Shown one piece after another: positions 49,704 through 58,595 of a stretch of DNA of 64,000 nt (within the stretch, counting starts at the first letter, position 1; each line of letters starts with the position of its first letter). A program made the position numbers and the translations under genes. The notes beneath the pieces were generated by a model. That model was not told the origin of the DNA and made no database searches. It was given only the letters and a program-made list of their open reading frames with translations. The DNA is from an uncultured delta proteobacterium. GTDB taxonomy: Bacteria > Myxococcota_A > Polyangia > Polyangiales > Polyangiaceae. The DNA lies in contig CAWKKR010000004.1 in assembly GCA_963850305.1 (NCBI GenBank), positions 256,001 to 320,000 of the forward strand, in the 5' to 3' direction.

Positions 49704-51002
49704 TTATCGCCGATCTTTGCCGAGAACGACGTCCCCGCCGACACCGAGCACGACCATCGCGTGGGTGCGCATATCGCCGCTCGCGATGTCGCCGCCCGGA
49801 ATGAGCACGGAGCAACCGGACGACGCGCTCGTCGTCGTGAACCGGCCGATGGTCGCCATCGCAAACGGGGTCAACTGCAACCAGTCGGCAACGGGGAAGA
49901 CGCCTCCGCCGCCAAAGCGGAGCCCAGCCCCCGTCGCCGAGAGATCGCAATCGTCCGGCTTCGTGCCGATGGTGGTGGTCAGGGCGAACGTCTGAGCGAA
50001 CACGACGTCTGCCTCGCCGAAGCCACCCATCCTTCCAGGCGGCGTGCCGATGATGAGCCCGAGCCCAACTGCCGTCGCAGTCGTCTTCTTGACGTCATTC
50101 GCGCCGACGAATCCGCTGCCAGACGCCAGCGTTTCTCCTTCCAGGTAGAGCACGGGGGTAAAGTACTGCGCAATCCGAACGCCCGCGTGGAGTTCGAGCG
50201 ACCCTCCCGGCTGAAAGGCGTCGCTGACGTTGAGGTCGCTCGTGTTCCCGCTGAGATCCCGGTACGCGAGGATCTTCCCGGTCGGCAGCGCTCCGCCGAG
50301 CCGGAGTCCGAACATGAACCCGAAGAGCGTCGGGTTACTACTGCTCGTCGCGGTGCGGATATCCATGGCCGGCGCGGGCCCGGGGTTCGCTCCCGCGGAC
50401 GGATTGCTCTGTGCGACGAGAGTGAGTGTCAGATCTTTCTGGGTCGCTTCCGCAACGTCGACATCCGCCGTCGCGTTCGCGTAACCCGTGGCCGCGAGCT
50501 CGACGTGATGCTTCCCTGGATTGATCGGACGCGGAATGCCGATGACGGCGGCCGCGACCGGCGCGCCGTCGATCTGGAGAACGGGTTCGGGCGCGTTCGC
50601 CGGAACCGCGATGATGCGCAGCGATGGGACCCGGGGCTCGATCGCCGCGAGCTCCTTACGCCCCTCGTTCACGGCGGAAATCCACGCTTCCGGAGCGCCC
50701 GGCGGAAGCTCGTAGTGGTCGATCGAACGGTAGCTCTCGGCGGCTTCGACGAGCTGCCCGAGCTTGTTCTGACACCGCGCGATGTAGAGCAGGTGAACTG
50801 GGACGTCGTAGAGGGCTTCGGCCCGTTTCAACCGGTCGAGCGCGTCGGCGTACTTGCCGGCGCGGAAGAGCCGAATGCCCTCGGTCGCGGCTTCACGCGC
50901 CGTCGCCTTGTCTGCCGCTGTTTCAGCCGCAGCAACGCCTGCGTGCGCCGTGAAAAGGAACGCGCCGAGCGCGGAGAAAAGCCAAGTGCGCCGTGAGCGC
51001 AT
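49704..51002 (-). CDS. Secreted TPR + PEGA + C-terminal outer-membrane beta-barrel protein
   Basis: Signal peptide, YADALDRLKRAEALYDVPVHLLYIAR TPR, INPGKHHVELAATGY PEGA, alternating beta strands ending LGVGGDVVLG. Confidence 0.8.
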   Translation of the reverse strand: MRSRRTWLFSALGAFLFTAHAGVAAAETAADKATAREAATEGIRLFRAGKYADALDRLKRAEALYDVPVHLLYIARCQNKLGQLVEAAESYRSIDHYELPPGAPEAWISAVNEGRKELAAIEPRVPSLRIIAVPANAPEPVLQIDGAPVAAAVIGIPRPINPGKHHVELAATGYANATADVDVAEATQKDLTLTLVAQSNPSAGANPGPAPAMDIRTATSSSNPTLFGFMFGLRLGGALPTGKILAYRDLSGNTSDLNVSDAFQPGGSLELHAGVRIAQYFTPVLYLEGETLASGSGFVGANDVKKTTATAVGLGLIIGTPPGRMGGFGEADVVFAQTFALTTTIGTKPDDCDLSATGAGLRFGGGGVFPVADWLQLTPFAMATIGRFTTTSASSGCSVLIPGGDIASGDMRTHAMVVLGVGGDVVLGKDRR

Positions 51003-51073
51003 AGACTCGAAGTAGCGCAGAGGGGGCGTTCGCGGTCAAGACCCACCGCCACCTCGCGCGACCTCGGCGCCCT

Positions 51074-52432
51074 TCAGTATCCCAGCAAGTCCGCGGGGCG
51101 AGCCGGGTGAGGCGCTGGGGTCGGCGCCGGCTTCGATGGCTCCGCTTCCGGAGGCCGTTCTGGACGTGCGTGGCTCGCTCGCGGGGTCCCTTCCGGGATC
51201 GGGCGATGCTCGGGCGGCGCCGCGCTGACCACCGGCGGCGGGGGGGCACTGGCAGGGACGACCTCCGGCGCGGGCGGCGCAGACGCGGGCACGGAGACGG
51301 ATACAGACGGCTGGGGCTCCGCGGCCGCCGCGTGAATCGCGACCTCCGGGCTGGAATGAAGGACGGCTCGGGCCCCGAACACCGCGATCGCGAGCACGAC
51401 GACGAAGAGTGCGGCCAGGCCCACCCACGGCAATCGCCGGCTCGGAACCGAAGGCATGGGCGTGGTCGCGAACGGAGAAGCCGTCACTGCCGGCGTCCGG
51501 GCGACCTGGCTCGAGCTCGGTGGATCGTGTTGCGAGCTTGCCGCGGATAACTTCGCATCGAGCCCGCACAGCGCCGCGAACGAATCGGACAGCTCCCCCG
51601 CACTCTGAAAACGGTCGTCGGGCTCACGCGCGAGAGCGCGCCGCACCCACTCGTCGAAGCCCGCCGGGACGTCGCTCGCGATCGACGACGGGACGGGCGG
51701 ATCCGAGGTGCAAATGTTCACGAGGAGATCGCCCAGCGCTTCCCCTTTGAACGGCATCGCGCCGACGACCGCGCGGTAGACGATGACGCCGAGCGCCCAC
51801 AGATCCGTGCGGCGATCGACGGTGCGGAGACCCCTCGCTTGCTCCGGGCTCATGTACTGCGGCGTGCCGAGCACGGCTCCCGTGCGCGTGCTCGAGGAGC
51901 TCGGCGACCCGGGGTCGGTGATCTTGGCGATGCCGAAGTCGACGACCTTTGCAATGTCAGCGTCATCCTCGTCGTCACGAACCAGAAAGACATTCTCGGG
52001 CTTCAGGTCCCGATGAACGATGCCCGCTTCATGCGCCTTCGCGAGCGCCCGGGAGACGTGGAGCGTGATTCGCGCCGCTTCGAGCGGAGCGATCCGTCCA
52101 TTTCTTTCGAGCCGCTGATCGAGCGGTTCGCCGGACAGAAACTCCATGACGATGTACGGGCGGCCGTCGTCCCCGACGCCCTGGTCGTAGACCTGAACGA
52201 CGTGTTTGCTCCGGAGCCGTGCGGCGGCACGGGCCTCGTTGACGAAGCGCTCCCCAATCTCCTTGCTGCCCGCATGCTCCGCGTCGATGAACTTGATCGC
52301 GACGCGCGTTCCGAGGCTCTCGTGCACCCCCTCCCACACCGCTCCCATTCCGCCGCGTCCGAGCAACCGCGTGACGCGGTACTTCCCCGCGATGAGCGAG
52401 CTCGGCGGACGCAGATCGTCGGCTTCCGTCAT
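51074..52432 (-). CDS. Membrane Hanks-type Ser/Thr protein kinase
   Basis: GRGGMGAV, VAIK, HRDLKPENV, DFG, GTPQYMSPEQ; TM LPWVGLAALFVVVLAIAVFG. Confidence 0.96.
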   Translation of the reverse strand: MTEADDLRPPSSLIAGKYRVTRLLGRGGMGAVWEGVHESLGTRVAIKFIDAEHAGSKEIGERFVNEARAAARLRSKHVVQVYDQGVGDDGRPYIVMEFLSGEPLDQRLERNGRIAPLEAARITLHVSRALAKAHEAGIVHRDLKPENVFLVRDDEDDADIAKVVDFGIAKITDPGSPSSSSTRTGAVLGTPQYMSPEQARGLRTVDRRTDLWALGVIVYRAVVGAMPFKGEALGDLLVNICTSDPPVPSSIASDVPAGFDEWVRRALAREPDDRFQSAGELSDSFAALCGLDAKLSAASSQHDPPSSSQVARTPAVTASPFATTPMPSVPSRRLPWVGLAALFVVVLAIAVFGARAVLHSSPEVAIHAAAAEPQPSVSVSVPASAPPAPEVVPASAPPPPVVSAAPPEHRPIPEGTPRASHARPERPPEAEPSKPAPTPAPHPARPADLLGY

Positions 52433-52648
52433 GGACGCCCGTAACGATAAACCAGCGCCTCTCCGCGTGCGGCAGCAAAGACGGGAAAGGCCTGTTTTCT
52501 CGCGATTCCACGTCGCGCAGGCGCGGTGGCGCGCCGTCCTCGACGCAAATCACCGAGCTTCTGACGCGACCCCCGCACGCCGCGCCCGTGCGAATGTGGC
52601 GCCCCTCCATCCGAAAGCCCCGCTTGTCCTCGCTTTCCCGCGCGCGAC

Positions 52649-53428
52649 TCAGAAGACCTGCTTCAGCATCTTCAGCGGATGAAACTTCGTCCAGATGTCT
52701 GCGGTCTTCGAGCTTGGACGCGCAAACATCTCCTTCGCATAGCGAGCCAGCGCGGGTCGTCGATCGACTTCGCTACCCATTTTTATGAAATGGAAGCGCG
52801 CGATGAATGCGGTCCAGACGACGTCGGCGGGTCCGTACGACGTCGACGCAAGGAACGAGCGGCCATCCGAAAGCGCGGAGTCGAGCGCGTCGAGGTGTCC
52901 TCGGGCTTCCCCGAGGCGCGTCGCATAGCCCGACACGATGGCTTCGGGGTCGAACGTCTTGCGTCGGCCGGCAAACTTTTCGGCGCGGGCCCGGTACCGC
53001 TCGGCAAGATCGGGGTTCTCGTTCGCAAGCGCGAGCAAGCGCGCCTGGCTCTTCGCGAGGGTCTTCGAGACGAATCGACCCATGAAAGGCTTCGAGGTCA
53101 GCAGTTTGCCGAACGTGAGGTCCTCGATGGGAAACCCGTATTGACGATCGACCCAGCCATGCGTGGCGCCGTCGAACCGCTCGACGCCGCCGAACGCGAA
53201 GTACACGATGTCGCGGCTATCGGTGAGCAGCTTGCCGTCCGGCAGCGAGAGCGACGGTACCGTCATGTTCGGATTGATGCGCGCGTACGCCGGCTCGAAC
53301 TGCTGCACGCGTCGATGAATATCCACGATGGTCGACGCGAATGCGACGCCGGCCTCGACGAGCGCGAGTCGCGCGATCATCGAGTAATACGATGGAGCAG
53401 CGTGATACAGGCGAGGAAGTGCCGTCAC
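52649..53428 (-). CDS. Glutathione S-transferase family protein
   Basis: RLYHAAPSYYSMIARLAL, YARINPNMTVPSL, LTDSRDI, YGPADV; exact start uncertain (ORF open to 53452). Confidence 0.85.
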   Translation of the reverse strand: MTALPRLYHAAPSYYSMIARLALVEAGVAFASTIVDIHRRVQQFEPAYARINPNMTVPSLSLPDGKLLTDSRDIVYFAFGGVERFDGATHGWVDRQYGFPIEDLTFGKLLTSKPFMGRFVSKTLAKSQARLLALANENPDLAERYRARAEKFAGRRKTFDPEAIVSGYATRLGEARGHLDALDSALSDGRSFLASTSYGPADVVWTAFIARFHFIKMGSEVDRRPALARYAKEMFARPSSKTADIWTKFHPLKMLKQVF

Positions 53429-53521
53429 GGATTTTGGGCGGCACGCTACCACGGAGGCGTTCTCGACCGAATCCGGTAGAGCTGAAGACGCGGGGCGCGG
53501 GACAGCGAGAGGCCCGGAGTT

Positions 53522-54271
53522 TCACGGCGGCCCCTCGCCGAGCAAGATGGCCGGCACGTCGGATCCCGGCGCCGGCTCCTCGTCGGGCCACTCGAAAACG
53601 GCGGCGTCGAAGAGCCGCTCTCCATTCGCCCAGCGCTCGGCGGCGTCTTCGTGCTCGAGAGCGACTTCCAGCGCCAGGGATAGCTCGAAGCAGCGAAGGT
53701 CGAGTCTCGCCGCGCCGAGCGCGCGCCGCTGCCCGAGAATCATGGCTTCGGATGCGTTCATCACGGCCGGGTATCGGCGGATCCCCCTCGACTCGCTCGG
53801 GCGCAAGCTCGCTGTTTCGCAGTCCGTCACATCGAGCGAATGATGCGCGCGGCAGCGCATCGGGCGCGCGTCGTGCACTGCGCATCGGTCCGAGTCCTCG
53901 TCCAGCATCGGGCAAGGGGTGCGCGCGCGGCGGCGTTCGTCGAGCGTCATCGATCGGATCGCTGCGGAGTGACGCTTGACCCGCTCGAGAATCACGGCGA
54001 CGTGCTCCCTCGGCATCGTCTCGCGAAAACCGCGGGCTATCGTCAGCGTCTCCGGCGCGGTCACGTCCACCCGAACCCCACGACAGCAAGACGCGCAGCC
54101 GGGCTTGCACGCGATGGACTGGAACAATGGAAGGAACGTCCGGTCCGCCCGCCGTCCCGCTCCGACCGAAAGCTTCACCGCCGTGTTGCGATCGCGCGCC
54201 TCGGAAAGGACAGCCCGTGCGCTCGCCGTCTCGGTCGCGAAGAGCTCACGGATCACTTCTTCGACCGACAT
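53522..54271 (-). CDS. YkgJ/FliB family cysteine-cluster protein
   Basis: CKPGCASCC, CPML, CAVHDARPMRCR. Confidence 0.88.
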   Translation of the reverse strand: MSVEEVIRELFATETASARAVLSEARDRNTAVKLSVGAGRRADRTFLPLFQSIACKPGCASCCRGVRVDVTAPETLTIARGFRETMPREHVAVILERVKRHSAAIRSMTLDERRRARTPCPMLDEDSDRCAVHDARPMRCRAHHSLDVTDCETASLRPSESRGIRRYPAVMNASEAMILGQRRALGAARLDLRCFELSLALEVALEHEDAAERWANGERLFDAAVFEWPDEEPAPGSDVPAILLGEGPP

Positions 54272-54473
54272 GCCGAGCTGCCACTTTAACGCTGAAGTAG
54301 CACCTCATGAAAGGGTCACCACGTACCGGGCAGGCTTGCCGCCACGCTGTTTCGAGTCGATGAGCGCGCCGTTCACGCCGCTCGGCGCATGTTCGGTTTT
54401 TGCACACGTCGCGACGCGGTCAGAACCGCAATTCCGGTCGCAATCGTGTGTGTGTCCGGGCAATCTCCGCCGC

Positions 54474-55398
54474 ATGTGGTGGAAGAGCCTGGGGCTGTCG
54501 TGTGCGCTTGGTGTGTTCGTCGGATGCGGCGCGGACCCCGGCACGGAGGGCAATGAGTTGCCGGCAGTCAGTGAGGTCACGAGTGCGGCAACGGGCTGTC
54601 AAAGCTTCGTCGGGACGATCAGCGATCAGGTGGCCGCGGGTCGCGCGTTCGAGCAGGACACGCAGTTCCTCATCTGGACGCTGCCGGCTTATTACGCCAC
54701 CGGAGGCACCGAGCTCATCGGGTCTTCGCCGACCCAAACCGTGACGCTCTATCCGAAGACCGGTGGTGGCTTCACGGCGAACGCGTCGCTCTGCGAAGCG
54801 TCCGTGTGCGGCGATGGCATTCTCCAGTCTCCCGCGGAAGCCTGCGACGGCACGGCGTTTCCCTCTGGCTCGGCACCCGCCGGCGGCACCCCGGCCTGCT
54901 CCCAGTATTCGGATCAGTACGTCGCGGGTAACGTCAGTTGCACCGCCGACTGCAAGGTCGACTTTTCCGCCTGCCGGAAGAGCGTCTGCGGCGACGGCAA
55001 GGCCGAGGGCACGGAGCAGTGCGACGGCAGCGATTCTCGGAGGATTTCAGACCTGCCAGGACAACGTCGCCGCGGGTGCCTTCACGGGCGGCCAGCTCAA
55101 GTGCAAGAGCGACTGCACCTACGACGTCTCGAGTTGCATCACGGCCTGCGGAAACGGCAAGCTCGACCCTGGCGAAGACTGCGACGGGCCACTCCTCGGC
55201 CCGACGTATGCCGGGAAGACCTGCGCGAGCTTCACGAACCCATCGCCGGTCTTTCCGTTCTCGAACACGGTGCCCTACGCGGCAGGGCCGCTCCCTTGCG
55301 ACAACCAGTGCAAGGTGAACACGAACCTCTGCGCGTATGCACCCGGTTGCTACTACGTGTACACGGCGCAAAAGACGCTCGGCATCCAGTGTCACTGA
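54474..55398 (+). CDS. Lipoprotein with myxobacterial CGDG..E.CDG Cys-rich repeats; frameshift near 55034
   Basis: VFVGC lipobox; CGDGILQSPAEACDG, CGDGKAEGTEQCDG, then CGNGKLDPGEDCDG in the next frame, ending at 55398. Confidence 0.78.
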
Positions 55399-55416
55399 GC
55401 CGGCGTCGCACCTCGC

Positions 55417-55502
55417 GTGAGGCGCGGAAGCGTGCGGATGCACGCTGAGCACCGAGAGCACCGAGGTGGCCCCACGCTCGAAGCAATCGGCCCTCGGTGT
55501 CA
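55417..55502. mobile_element. Diverged solo (5'-truncated) copy of the 58.2-58.6 kb repeat element
   Basis: GTGAGGCGCGGAAGCGTGCGGATGCACGCTGAGCACCGAGAGCACCGAGGTGGCCCCACGCTCGAAGCAATCGGCCCTCGGTGTCA aligns with ~58510-58595. Confidence 0.8.
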
Positions 55503-56525
55503 GGCGTCGGCGCCGGCTACTTGTCCGCGCGCCGTGCGAATCGTGTGCTGAGCGTGCACCGACAGCGCATCCTCTGGAGGCTGGAACACCTGGCGGAAGG
55601 CCCGGAGCGCCGCGCGAGCTTGCGCGGGCACGTCGCCGCGCGTTTCTTCCGTCGGGAAGACGAACTCGACGATCGCGGAGATGGTCTGGAAGATCGGATT
55701 CCGCTCGTTGTCGACGTCGACGCCGAGCGCAGAGAGCGCGGTGCGCAGAGCCAATGCTTGCTTCGCCTTCGTGCGCTCGATGATGCCGCGCGGTTCGATA
55801 CCGAGCGACCGGAACTCGCGCTCGAGCACCTTGTTTTCCCAGAGCGCGAAGCCGACGAGCTCGGCCTGGAACAAGAAGAGCCGCCAGATGCGCGCGACGG
55901 TCATCTTCTTCATCAGCTCGGGCAGATACTGCATGCCGAGCCCCACGTGGCGCGCTTCGTCGCGCTCGTAATAGGCCATCAGCTCGGCGAGGACGGGCTC
56001 GAAGCGCTTCTCGCGGACCTCCTGGAAGATCGCGAGCGCGATCGTCTCGATCATGAGCTGCATGCCGAGCAACTTCGACGCGAGATCGTCGGTGTCGAGC
56101 ACGAGGCGCAGGAGCGCTTCCGGCGCGGGATCGAGCCGCTCGGGGAGATAGTCGAGCTCCGACAGGTAATCGTACATCGTGTAGAAGTGCCGCGCCTCGT
56201 CGTGTGCCTGGCTCGTCGCGGCCATCTTGGCCTCGAGCGGCTCGAGCCGGTCCGCGAGCTGCGCGGAGATCTTCCACGCGGCTAGCTCGCCCCAGAGAAT
56301 GATGGCGAAGATCCGCTTCAGGGGTTCGCGCCGCGCCGGATCGACGTGGATCCCGCCATGCTTCTCGATCAGCATGGCGAGGATCTCCTTGCCGTCCCAC
56401 GCGAGCTCTTGCCCCTTGTGATAGATGCGCTCGCACTTCGCGTAGCGCCTGGCCTCCTCCGACGAGCGGGCGAGAGCGAACATGTCGTAGGGAAGCGGAG
56501 CCGGCGAACGGGGCAGAAGTCGCAT
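55500..56525 (-). CDS. Ferritin-like diiron-carboxylate protein
   Basis: WGELAA...HDEARHF...MIETIA...RDEARHV: two E..ExxH ligand sets. Confidence 0.85.
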   Translation of the reverse strand: MRLLPRSPAPLPYDMFALARSSEEARRYAKCERIYHKGQELAWDGKEILAMLIEKHGGIHVDPARREPLKRIFAIILWGELAAWKISAQLADRLEPLEAKMAATSQAHDEARHFYTMYDYLSELDYLPERLDPAPEALLRLVLDTDDLASKLLGMQLMIETIALAIFQEVREKRFEPVLAELMAYYERDEARHVGLGMQYLPELMKKMTVARIWRLFLFQAELVGFALWENKVLEREFRSLGIEPRGIIERTKAKQALALRTALSALGVDVDNERNPIFQTISAIVEFVFPTEETRGDVPAQARAALRAFRQVFQPPEDALSVHAQHTIRTARGQVAGADA

Positions 56526-56576
56526 GTCCGTTTCAGGATAGCACCCGGTAGCGCCCCTGCCCCGCTCCCTCGCGCC

Positions 56577-57635
56577 TCAGAATTTGCGATCGATGCGGAA
56601 CGCGCCGACACCGGGAAGAGTCGTCACGAAATTCGCGCCGAATGCCCTGGACGGCGTGGTCGCACCGGGAGCGACGTCTCCACGGAGCACACGCTCGGCG
56701 GCGGCGAGCGCGGCGACGACGGTGAGCTCGTACCCTTCGGGAACGTCGAGGTGGCCCTCCACGACTTTGCCGGCGGCGTTCGTGACCTTGCCCCAGATGG
56801 ACATCCGGAACGTCTTTCTTTCTTCCTCGGTCGGACCGTGCGCGACTTTCTCAACCCGGGCCTTGAGAAAATCGACGACGGTCTTCGACCGGAGGAGCGG
56901 CGCCGCGAAGCGCAGGAGCTCCGCGGACCGCGCGACGTTCCTGGGCACCACCGTGTACACGGTGATGTTCGGAATGCCCGTCGAGTGGAACGCGGTTACG
57001 AGATCGCCCCACGGAATGGACATGCCGAACTTCGGGCCGCTCGCGAACGGGATCTCGCGCGTGCGTGGCGACGAGAGCGCGACGAGCACACCGTTTTCGC
57101 GAACCTTGAAGCCGATGTGAAGGCCCTCGACGGTGGTCTTCGCCGTTCCGGGGCTCGGCTGCATTCCGCCCGAGAACGCGAGCTCCAGGTGGTCCGCGTC
57201 CGGTAGCTCGGCGTGAAGCGTCGCTGCCATGCAGTCCGTCGGCACCACGTCGAAGCCGACCGCCGGCATCAGGACGACCTTTCGTTCGCGTGCCTCCGCG
57301 TCGCGCCCGAGGACCGCCTCGAGCACCGCATACTCGCCGGTGATGTCGAGGTAGTGCGCGCCCGCGCGGAGGCACGCGTCGACCATGGGCTTGCTCGTCG
57401 CGGAATACGGTCCGGCGCAGTGCAGAACGGTGGATACGCCTTCGAGACCCGCGCCGATCGCGGCGGGTGACCCGAGATCGAACGCGCGCGAGGAGAAACC
57501 GAGGCGCTGCGCGAGCGTCTCCACGGCATCACGACTTCGTCCCGCGAGGATCGGCGACAGGCCGCGCTCTTTCGCACGCTTGGCGATGAGCTTGCCGGTG
57601 AAACCGTTCGCCCCATAAATGAGCAGCGCGCTCAT
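56577..57635 (-). CDS. Saccharopine dehydrogenase-like NAD(P)-binding oxidoreductase
   Basis: IYGANGFTG, LHCAGPY, HYLDITGE, GFDVVPTD, SPGT, IPWGD. Confidence 0.9.
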   Translation of the reverse strand: MSALLIYGANGFTGKLIAKRAKERGLSPILAGRSRDAVETLAQRLGFSSRAFDLGSPAAIGAGLEGVSTVLHCAGPYSATSKPMVDACLRAGAHYLDITGEYAVLEAVLGRDAEARERKVVLMPAVGFDVVPTDCMAATLHAELPDADHLELAFSGGMQPSPGTAKTTVEGLHIGFKVRENGVLVALSSPRTREIPFASGPKFGMSIPWGDLVTAFHSTGIPNITVYTVVPRNVARSAELLRFAAPLLRSKTVVDFLKARVEKVAHGPTEEERKTFRMSIWGKVTNAAGKVVEGHLDVPEGYELTVVAALAAAERVLRGDVAPGATTPSRAFGANFVTTLPGVGAFRIDRKF

Positions 57636-58087
57636 GCCACGACCGCGCCCACGCCGGATTCGGCGCGGCCCTTGATGGCGCGATTCATGACGCCGTAAGC
57701 GTGCTCGAGGTCGGGGCGAACCTTCCCCCACACGAGAGGGAGCGAGACGCCGCCGAAGCGCTCGCCGTGAATCAGCCGACTCTTCCCGGCACCCGCAGGT
57801 TCGACGCGCAAGAAGTGCTCGCCCCGGAACACCTGCGCGAGAACCCACGACGTCGGGCCGTGCCAGCGCAGCTCACGCCCCGGGTCGACCTTCAGCATTC
57901 GCGCGTTGATCTTCAGCTCTCGCCCGCCGACGGCGACGATGAACGACACGGGGCTCCCTTCGGACAGCGTGGCGCGCATTCGCGTGATGATCGGATTCCA
58001 CTCGTCATACTCGCGGAACGCCGTGATGACGTCCCACACGCGCCCTTCCGGCGCGCCGATCTCGGTCGATAATTCGATTTCGTACAT
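57632..58087 (-). CDS. SRPBCC/polyketide cyclase family protein
   Basis: EIGAPEGRVWDVI..F..YDEWNP, ELRWHG, FRGEHF, HGERFGG, MNRAIKGRAE; stop overlaps the next start (ATGA). Confidence 0.88.
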   Translation of the reverse strand: MYEIELSTEIGAPEGRVWDVITAFREYDEWNPIITRMRATLSEGSPVSFIVAVGGRELKINARMLKVDPGRELRWHGPTSWVLAQVFRGEHFLRVEPAGAGKSRLIHGERFGGVSLPLVWGKVRPDLEHAYGVMNRAIKGRAESGVGAVVA

Positions 58088-58108
58088 CCTGGGCCCCTCG
58101 GAACGGGC

Positions 58109-58127
58109 CCTGTGTAACACAGGTCAA
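58109..58127 (-). promoter_or_regulatory. Palindrome CCTGTGT-A-ACACAGG overlapping a TTGACC -35-like hexamer
   Basis: Perfect 7-bp dyad at 58109-58123, about 20 bp upstream of the SRPBCC start; TTGACC on the minus strand at 58122-58127. Confidence 0.5.
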
Positions 58128-58186
58128 CGCCGAGCGTCGTTGCCGGCTTCTCAAAGGGAAATCACAGCAAGAAAAAGAAGGCCAGA

Positions 58187-58595
58187 AGCACCCAGATGGG
58201 CCCGTGCTCGAACCCCTCAATGACACGTCGGGGCCCGATTGCGAAGACCGCGGGTCCAGCTGGGTGGGTGAGGCGCGCAAGCGTGCACCTGCACGCTGAG
58301 CACCGAGAGCACCCAGATGGGCCCGTGCTCGAACCCCTCAATGACACGTCGGGGCCCGATTGCGAAGACCGCGGGTCCAGCTGGGTGGGTGAGGCGCGCA
58401 AGCGTGCACCTGCACGCTGAGCACCGAGAGCACCCAGATGGGCCCGTGCTCGAACCCCTCAATGACACGTCGGGGCCCGATTGCGAAGACCGCGGGTCCA
58501 GCTGGGTGGGTGAGGCGCGCAAGCGTGCACCTGCACGCTGAGCACCGAGAGCACCCAGATGGGCCCGTGCTCGAAGCAAGCGGGCCCCGACGTCA
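58187..58595. repeat. 121-bp tandem array (3 identical units plus a partial one) of a MITE/REP-like element with terminal inverted repeats
   Basis: Units start at 58187, 58308, 58429 and 58550 (partial to 58575); TGACACGTCGGGGCCCGATTGC (58463-58484) is inverted relative to GCAAGCGGGCCCCGACGTCA (58576-58595). Confidence 0.95.

Noticed and set aside
58187..58575. CRISPR array
   Set aside because: The units are identical along their whole 121 bp, so there are no variable spacers, and no cas genes are in the window
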